IMG/VR virus record: IMGVR_UViG_3300032038_000011 | Span: 1-64,000 of that record | DNA length: 64,000 bases | DNA from: a virus | Taxonomy: Duplodnaviria > Caudoviricetes | Strand: one strand, 5' to 3' | Shown here: positions 59,271 through 64,000 of the stretch, in pieces | How positions within the stretch are numbered: the stretch's first letter is position 1 | Layout of the letters: each line of letters opens with the position of its first letter | Notes under the pieces: generated by a model | Told to the model about the DNA's origin: nothing | The model's database searches: none | What the model saw: only the letters and a program-made list of their open reading frames with translations | Program-made: the position numbers and the translations under genes

Positions 59271-59939
59271 TTAATCGACTTCCTTTATATCAGTTTCGTC
59301 ACTATAGATATAATTGACTTCATTCTGATAGGTACGTCCGCAAGTGGGACAGTGCCAAGTGTTGAATTGCGTCATAGTGGATGAACCACCAAAGTCCTGA
59401 TAGGTTTCAATCTCAACAAGCTCAAGTTCAGTATCGCAATGAGGGCAAATGTAATCCATAATTATATATATTCCTTTCTTAAATTTTAGCTATTCTATAA
59501 TCGGGGCAATCTTGTTTATGTAATTTACATAAACGGTTATATGCTTCTTCATAAGAAGGCCAAGCCCATTTATAATTATCATCCGCTGGCGTCCAAAAAC
59601 TTCCACACATATCAACCCAAAGGATTTGAATTTGATACATAAAATTGCTCCCCTTTCGTTTTCTTGAATATATTATAGCATGAGATGGAATGAAAGTCAA
59701 GTTAATTTTCTGATATTTTCTATTTTTTCTTCAATCTGATATGAAACATATAGTTCTTTTTCAGAACGTATTTTCTTAATATATGCTTCTGCCTCGTCTT
59801 TGGTGTCAAAAGTTGCTATCAAAGTGTAAGTATCGCGGAAACCTTGACCGCCATAAACAACCTTATACACATGGTAATACATATCGGCTATAATTCTCAT
59901 TGACTTTCTCCTTTGCTTTTCTTGAATATAGTATATCAT
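59271..59939 (-). CDS. Three small ORFs (59271 Zn-ribbon, 59479, 59697)
   Basis: ORF track; promoters at ~59673..59700 and ~59930..59958. Confidence 0.6.
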
Positions 59940-59959
59940 AGAAATACTTTGAAGTCAAG

Positions 59960-60011
59960 TTAATTATTAATTAATTAAAATGTACGTACCATTTAATTTA
60001 CATTTGCTTAA
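59960..60011. repeat. 52-bp palindromic site 5
   Basis: TTAA-N6-ATTAATTAAA-ATGT-ACGT-ACCA-TTTAATTTAC-N6-TTAA. Confidence 0.8.
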
Positions 60012-60036
60012 AAAGAAAAGGGCTTACGCCCTTTTC

Positions 60037-60438
60037 TTAACAGTGAGGACAATGAAGGCAATCATCACGGCATCCATAACAATAATCATCATCATCATAG
60101 TCATCATCATAGTCATCATCATCGTCGTCCTCGTCGTCCCAATCGTCGTCCTCGTCCTCGTCGTCATCCCAATAATCCTCGTCCTCGTCATAATCGACGG
60201 TCAGAAGGTCAGGATTCAGAGGACAACCATTGAGATTAACCATATAGCCCTCGTCATTTGCCGCGTCAATCGCGGAAATGATGTCGGTCAGAAGGCGGTC
60301 AGAATCAGCCTTGCGGGAATTGCGAATCGCATCATCCACCGCGTCACGCAGGGCAACCAGGGTCTTGATAGGCATATCAGTCAGAACCACGCCGCCGTTG
60401 ATGGAAGTGCCGCACTTGATGTTAGAGTTCATATTCAT
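60037..60438 (-). CDS. Highly acidic protein with Asp-rich tail and terminal Cys cluster
   Basis: ~35-aa D/E/Y/W tract, CYGC...CLHCPHC; GAAAGGA RBS. Confidence 0.75.
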   Translation of the reverse strand: MNMNSNIKCGTSINGGVVLTDMPIKTLVALRDAVDDAIRNSRKADSDRLLTDIISAIDAANDEGYMVNLNGCPLNPDLLTVDYDEDEDYWDDDEDEDDDWDDEDDDDDDYDDDYDDDDYCYGCRDDCLHCPHC

Positions 60439-60534
60439 ATTGAATCCTTTCTCACTTGGGTTTGTTAAGTGTTTTCCTTCACTTGATGTTATTATTATAT
60501 CAGATGGAGTGGAGTTTGTCAAGTTAAGAGTTTG

Positions 60535-60693
60535 TTACTGTCTGCTTACCCACGCGGTAAGCATATCTACCGCGCAGCCAAAACCAACTGGAATTGCCCA
60601 TACCGCCCAATGATGGGGAACTTTACCCATCGTCCAAAGAATGAACACAATCGCACCAGTTACCTTAAACAAATTGATGTTTCTTGCTTGCAT
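60535..60693 (-). CDS. 52-aa membrane peptide
   Basis: MQARN... two hydrophobic segments, own promoter and leader. Confidence 0.55.
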   Translation of the reverse strand: MQARNINLFKVTGAIVFILWTMGKVPHHWAVWAIPVGFGCAVDMLTAWVSRQ

Positions 60694-60770
60694 CTTAAAT
60701 TTCCTTTGGTTTGAAGTGTTGTCCTTCACTTGATGTATATATTATAGCATGGGTTTGGCTATTTGTCAAA

Positions 60771-60822
60771 TTAAGAGTTGGTAAATTAAAATTGACGTAT
60801 GCTTTAATTAAATAGCACTTAA
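60771..60822. repeat. 52-bp palindromic site 6
   Basis: TTAA-N6-GTAAATTAAA-ATTG-ACGT-ATGC-TTTAATTAAA-N6-TTAA. Confidence 0.8.
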
Positions 60823-60826
60823 CGTG

Positions 60827-61255
60827 CTACTTAATAAAGGTATCAATATCTGTTACTATTCGCGCGGAAACATAATGTTTCTTACAAGTTAAGGTTTCAT
60901 AGAAAGCCATATCTTTTTCATAGTTCTTATCAAAATCTAATATGGCATTCATGTTAGCTTGTATGGGATTAATATTGTATCTAAACTCCAAACGATTACG
61001 CCATGCTTTTGCGTTCTGTTCGGGAATGAGAAGTTCAAATTCAATATTCTGCTCCATAAGTCGGTTAATAACTGCTTGATGCGCGGAAATAAAGACATTG
61101 TATCCCGCAACACTAAGGTTATGAGCTAAAGCAACATAAAGATATTCCCATTTGTCTTTCTTGACAAAGTTAGAAGAATCTAAATCTATGGTAGTGTCAG
61201 GATTGTTACGACAATAGGTAGACTTTCCACAACCTTGATAGCCACAATAAATCAT
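60827..61255 (-). CDS. Small P-loop NTPase/kinase-like protein
   Basis: GYQGCGKST, IDLDSS.F. Confidence 0.7.
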   Translation of the reverse strand: MIYCGYQGCGKSTYCRNNPDTTIDLDSSNFVKKDKWEYLYVALAHNLSVAGYNVFISAHQAVINRLMEQNIEFELLIPEQNAKAWRNRLEFRYNINPIQANMNAILDFDKNYEKDMAFYETLTCKKHYVSARIVTDIDTFIK

Positions 61256-61309
61256 ACAATATCGCCCCTTTCATTATCTATTATACACATTTAGGGGCAA
61301 ATTGTCAAG

Positions 61310-61361
61310 TTAAACTTATGTAAATTAGAATCTACGTTAGGTGTAATTTACATAAACTTAA
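61310..61361. repeat. 52-bp palindromic site 7
   Basis: TTAA-N6-GTAAATTAGA-ATCT-ACGT-TAGG-TGTAATTTAC-N6-TTAA. Confidence 0.9.
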
Positions 61362-61373
61362 AAAGAAGGAGGA

Positions 61374-61733
61374 TTACTCCTCCTCCTTCTCCTTGGCTTC
61401 CTTTTCGGCCTTGGCCTTGGCCTTTTCGCGCTTGGCCTTGTCCTTAGCGGCCTTTTCGGCACGCTCGGCGGCCTTCGCGGCCTTCTTAGCCTGCTTGTCC
61501 TCATAGTCCGCAATCTCAGCGGCCATGAGTTCGGCGGCGGTCATGTCCTCGCGTTCCTCGGCCACGATGACGCCGATGCGGGCGTAGCGTTCCACGCCGT
61601 TGGAATCGGTCACAAGGCAACCGTACTGGCGGTCGTTAATCTTGTGAATACCTTCGACCTCGGAAATGTGCAGGGTGTTGAAGATAACGGTGCGGATGTT
61701 GGAATCGACAAGAGCCTTAGAAATCTTCGCCAT
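61374..61733 (-). CDS. Hypothetical protein with Lys/Ala/Glu-rich tail, GC-rich codons
   Basis: ORF, CAGAAAGG RBS, terminator overlapping the stop. Confidence 0.75.
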   Translation of the reverse strand: MAKISKALVDSNIRTVIFNTLHISEVEGIHKINDRQYGCLVTDSNGVERYARIGVIVAEEREDMTAAELMAAEIADYEDKQAKKAAKAAERAEKAAKDKAKREKAKAKAEKEAKEKEEE

Positions 61734-61824
61734 AGTAGGAAAATCCTTTCTGGTTTTTTAGTGTTTTCCTTCACTTGATGTATTCATTATAGCACGTTGT
61801 GTGCCTAATGTCAAGTTAAAAGTT

Positions 61825-61904
61825 TGTTACAAGAGCGTGGGTCTTACTGCGAATTTCGCGTAGCGCTCCGCGGTTATCGGCTTACTGCCCTCGCCCTTGG
61901 AACA
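61825..61904 (-). ncRNA. Candidate ~80-nt sRNA with its own promoter
   Basis: TTGACT-N17-TATAAT at 61910..61938; terminal stem; two GCAGTAAG copies; no ORF. Confidence 0.55.
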
Positions 61905-61939
61905 ATTATATTATAGCAGAAAATCCCACATAAGTCAAG

Positions 61940-61991
61940 TTAAAACATAGTAAATTACATTTGACGTTCTATCTAATTTACACTTGCTTAA
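61940..61991. repeat. 52-bp palindromic site 8
   Basis: TTAA-N6-GTAAATTACA-TTTG-ACGT-TCTA-TCTAATTTAC-N6-TTAA. Confidence 0.9.
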
Positions 61992-62018
61992 CAAGAAAAG
62001 ACCCTTGCGGGTCTTAAC

Positions 62019-63038
62019 TTAATATTTACAATCCAGTCCGGCATATTCGGCAAGCCGCCTCATGCGATTGACTAATCCTACGCAATAGGTAGACAAGGCT
62101 TTTTCCTGCTCTGCTGCTTCATCCTGTTTTGCGTCAACATAGCAAGCCATAGCATAATAAACGGTTTCACATTCGCGCTTGTCTGCCTTTTTCCTTCTCA
62201 TACAAAATTCATCAGTAGCGCCCAAGTCACGAAAAGGGAAAAACTTAATGCCTGGCGTTATGGCGTGGCGCTGTGCTATCTTGTGAAGTATGTAAGATTC
62301 AATGATAGCATCGTCAAGCGCGGTATGGCTTTCTTCAAAGTCGTATACATCGCAAAGGTATCTAAAAGTCGATTCGGCGGAAGTTTTGAAAAATGTTCCC
62401 GAATTAGTCAAAAGGCCATTTTCCAAACACTTGTTTTTATAGTTCACATTGTTTAACAAATGCGTTGTGGCAAGTCCCCACAAATCAAACATGGAATAAG
62501 TGTTGCCACGAAAACGAAAAATTTCCGCTTCAAAGTCGGGGTTACGCTGGTTTTTTTCGCCTTCCGCAATTCGCGCCGCACTTGCGCGTTGTATCTGTTC
62601 CCATTCATTATAGTTAGGACTATACAATTCCCGAATGTAAAGTTCAGTAAAAGGAATAGCCTTTTTGAAGTCGAACATTGCGTTAAATGCGCCGATTCCA
62701 TCCACCGAGGACATATCAGAAATGAAAATTTCCATAACTTCATCCCACGGTTTTATGCTGGTTTCGCCCTCTTTAAGCATATTAAGGTAAATCGGGCGTT
62801 TTTCCGCATAATACGCGGTATTGAAAATGGCAGGAACGGCGAAAGTTTCCGCAATCAGAAATTGCTTGCGCTCATAGATATTTCCTGCGCGGTCACAGAT
62901 AGTCCAGCCAATGTCATAAATCAAAGGTTTGGCAATGGCTATGCGCTTTTTGCGCTCAGGGTCGCCATTTGTGATTTCATCCGCAAAGGGCAAAGTTGCC
63001 GTTTCCGTATCGACTACCATAAATTTCAATTTCTTCAT
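62019..63038 (-). CDS. DEDDh 3'-5' exonuclease family protein
   Basis: VVDTET, AFNAMFD, HTALDDA..E. Confidence 0.8.
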   Translation of the reverse strand: MKKLKFMVVDTETATLPFADEITNGDPERKKRIAIAKPLIYDIGWTICDRAGNIYERKQFLIAETFAVPAIFNTAYYAEKRPIYLNMLKEGETSIKPWDEVMEIFISDMSSVDGIGAFNAMFDFKKAIPFTELYIRELYSPNYNEWEQIQRASAARIAEGEKNQRNPDFEAEIFRFRGNTYSMFDLWGLATTHLLNNVNYKNKCLENGLLTNSGTFFKTSAESTFRYLCDVYDFEESHTALDDAIIESYILHKIAQRHAITPGIKFFPFRDLGATDEFCMRRKKADKRECETVYYAMACYVDAKQDEAAEQEKALSTYCVGLVNRMRRLAEYAGLDCKY

Positions 63039-63115
63039 AAAAAGCCCTTTCTGGTTTGTCGTTGTTTTCCTTCAACTGTAAGTATATTATAGCACACCCA
63101 CCGTAGAATTGCAAG

Positions 63116-63167
63116 TTAAACTTTTGTAAATTAGACCTAACGTTCTATCTAATTTACATTAGCTTAA
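63116..63167. repeat. 52-bp palindromic site 9
   Basis: TTAA-N6-GTAAATTAGA-CCTA-ACGT-TCTA-TCTAATTTAC-N6-TTAA. Confidence 0.9.
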
Positions 63168-63189
63168 AAAAGAAATTAACCCTTGCGGG

Positions 63190-64000
63190 TTAATTCTTTT
63201 CGCGGATTGAATTAAGATGCTGCTGGTATTCCTTTTTGAAATTCTTTGCCGCTTCGTCCTTCGGCGTTGAATTACCAAAGGCAAGATACTGATAAATAAG
63301 ACCGTTGTTAGTAACTTCACAAGTTATATAAGACTTATCGGGGTCGTTTTTAAGGCGAACGGTTACAACGTGGGTATGGCCTTTATAAACCTTTTCCATA
63401 TACAGACGTTCAACGCAATTCCTTTGCGCTTCGCCCTCTTTGTGGAAATCCTCTTTTGTCAACAAGGGCTTGACAACAAAAGTATCATTTTCATAATAAA
63501 GCCATTCTTTATCATTATACTTTGCCAGTTCTTCGTTATAATGCGCATCCCTATATTCTTTTTCAAGATATTTAAGAACGGCATATTTAGTCAAAAAGTT
63601 CTTTTCGACTTCTACTTTACCAAACATTTTCATAGAAGTCTTGTAATACCAAGCTAACATATCCCTAATATAGCTTGCCTGATTATAACCTTCATACATT
63701 GCTTCCATGTGTTCACTAATAACACGATTCAAAGCAGTTTTAATATAATCAACAGGGAAATCAGCATTAAGCAAGGAAGAAAAAACTTCTTTCGCCCAAT
63801 CAGGCAAAGTATTAACGTACTGTTCATACTGTATCATGATAAGATACTTGTTAATTCTATAAGCATCATAATAATCATTGCAGTTTTCCTTAACATAATC
63901 TACAACCTTTTTAGTAAGGTTAAGTTTATTGTTAAGAGTTTCGGGTTCACTCGGAAACAGGCCCAAGCTCAAAAGCTGCTCAAAACGCGCGCCCTTTTCT
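63190..64000 (-). CDS. PcfJ-like domain protein (5' end probably outside the window)
   Basis: EG..Q.NCV...Y...V..G...VV..R...P.KSY.T.EV...Q...N. Confidence 0.65.
   Translation of the reverse strand, partial: EKGARFEQLLSLGLFPSEPETLNNKLNLTKKVVDYVKENCNDYYDAYRINKYLIMIQYEQYVNTLPDWAKEVFSSLLNADFPVDYIKTALNRVISEHMEAMYEGYNQASYIRDMLAWYYKTSMKMFGKVEVEKNFLTKYAVLKYLEKEYRDAHYNEELAKYNDKEWLYYENDTFVVKPLLTKEDFHKEGEAQRNCVERLYMEKVYKGHTHVVTVRLKNDPDKSYITCEVTNNGLIYQYLAFGNSTPKDEAAKNFKKEYQQHLNSIREKN

Noticed and set aside
60523-60538. Further full palindromic sites at 60523 and 61815
   Set aside because: Only TTAA-N6-GTTA matches; no ACGT core or second arm, so half-sites at most
56954-63167. CRISPR array or classical integron attC sites
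   Set aside because: Repeats are separated by whole genes rather than ~35-nt spacers, there are no cas genes, and they lack the RYYYAAC/GTTRRRY attC ends
1-64000. Stop-codon reassignment or suppressor tRNA
   Set aside because: Genes up to 2329 aa are open in the standard code, coding density is high, and no CTA/TCA/TTA anticodon was found

Overview
AT-rich segment of a large tailed-phage genome in the standard genetic code. The host is probably a Bacillota/Clostridia bacterium, inferred from perfect sigma-A TTGACT-N17-TATAAT promoters, GH25/SH3/PG-binding lysins and a sortase-type surface protein. Almost all genes are on the minus strand. 1-7.3 kb is a tRNA cluster: 12 intact tRNAs, a ~410-nt structured RNA candidate, and four hairpin elements with a shared (A/G)CNGCAA motif. 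Those elements enclose or abut a circularly permuted tRNA, a degenerate tRNA-Gly and a tRNA 3' half. 7.7-25.8 kb and 36.7-45.8 kb hold tail/adhesin structural genes and a second lysin. 26-54 kb holds accessory genes, including an RNA end-processing set (Rnl1-type ligase, PNK-HD, Thg1, nucleotidyltransferase, deaminase) and a PnuC/NMNAT/macro NAD module. 54.8-56.9 kb has cruciform and repeat DNA around an SF2 helicase-like gene. 57-64 kb is an array of promoter-gene-terminator cassettes separated by nine copies of a 52-bp palindrome (TTAA-N6-GTAAATTAGA-N4-ACGT-N4-TCTAATTTAC-N6-TTAA); the only plus-strand block is bounded by two of them. The best candidates for undescribed systems are this palindrome-delimited cassette array and the stem-enclosed permuted/fragmented tRNA elements. 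All calls were made by eye; no database searches were run.
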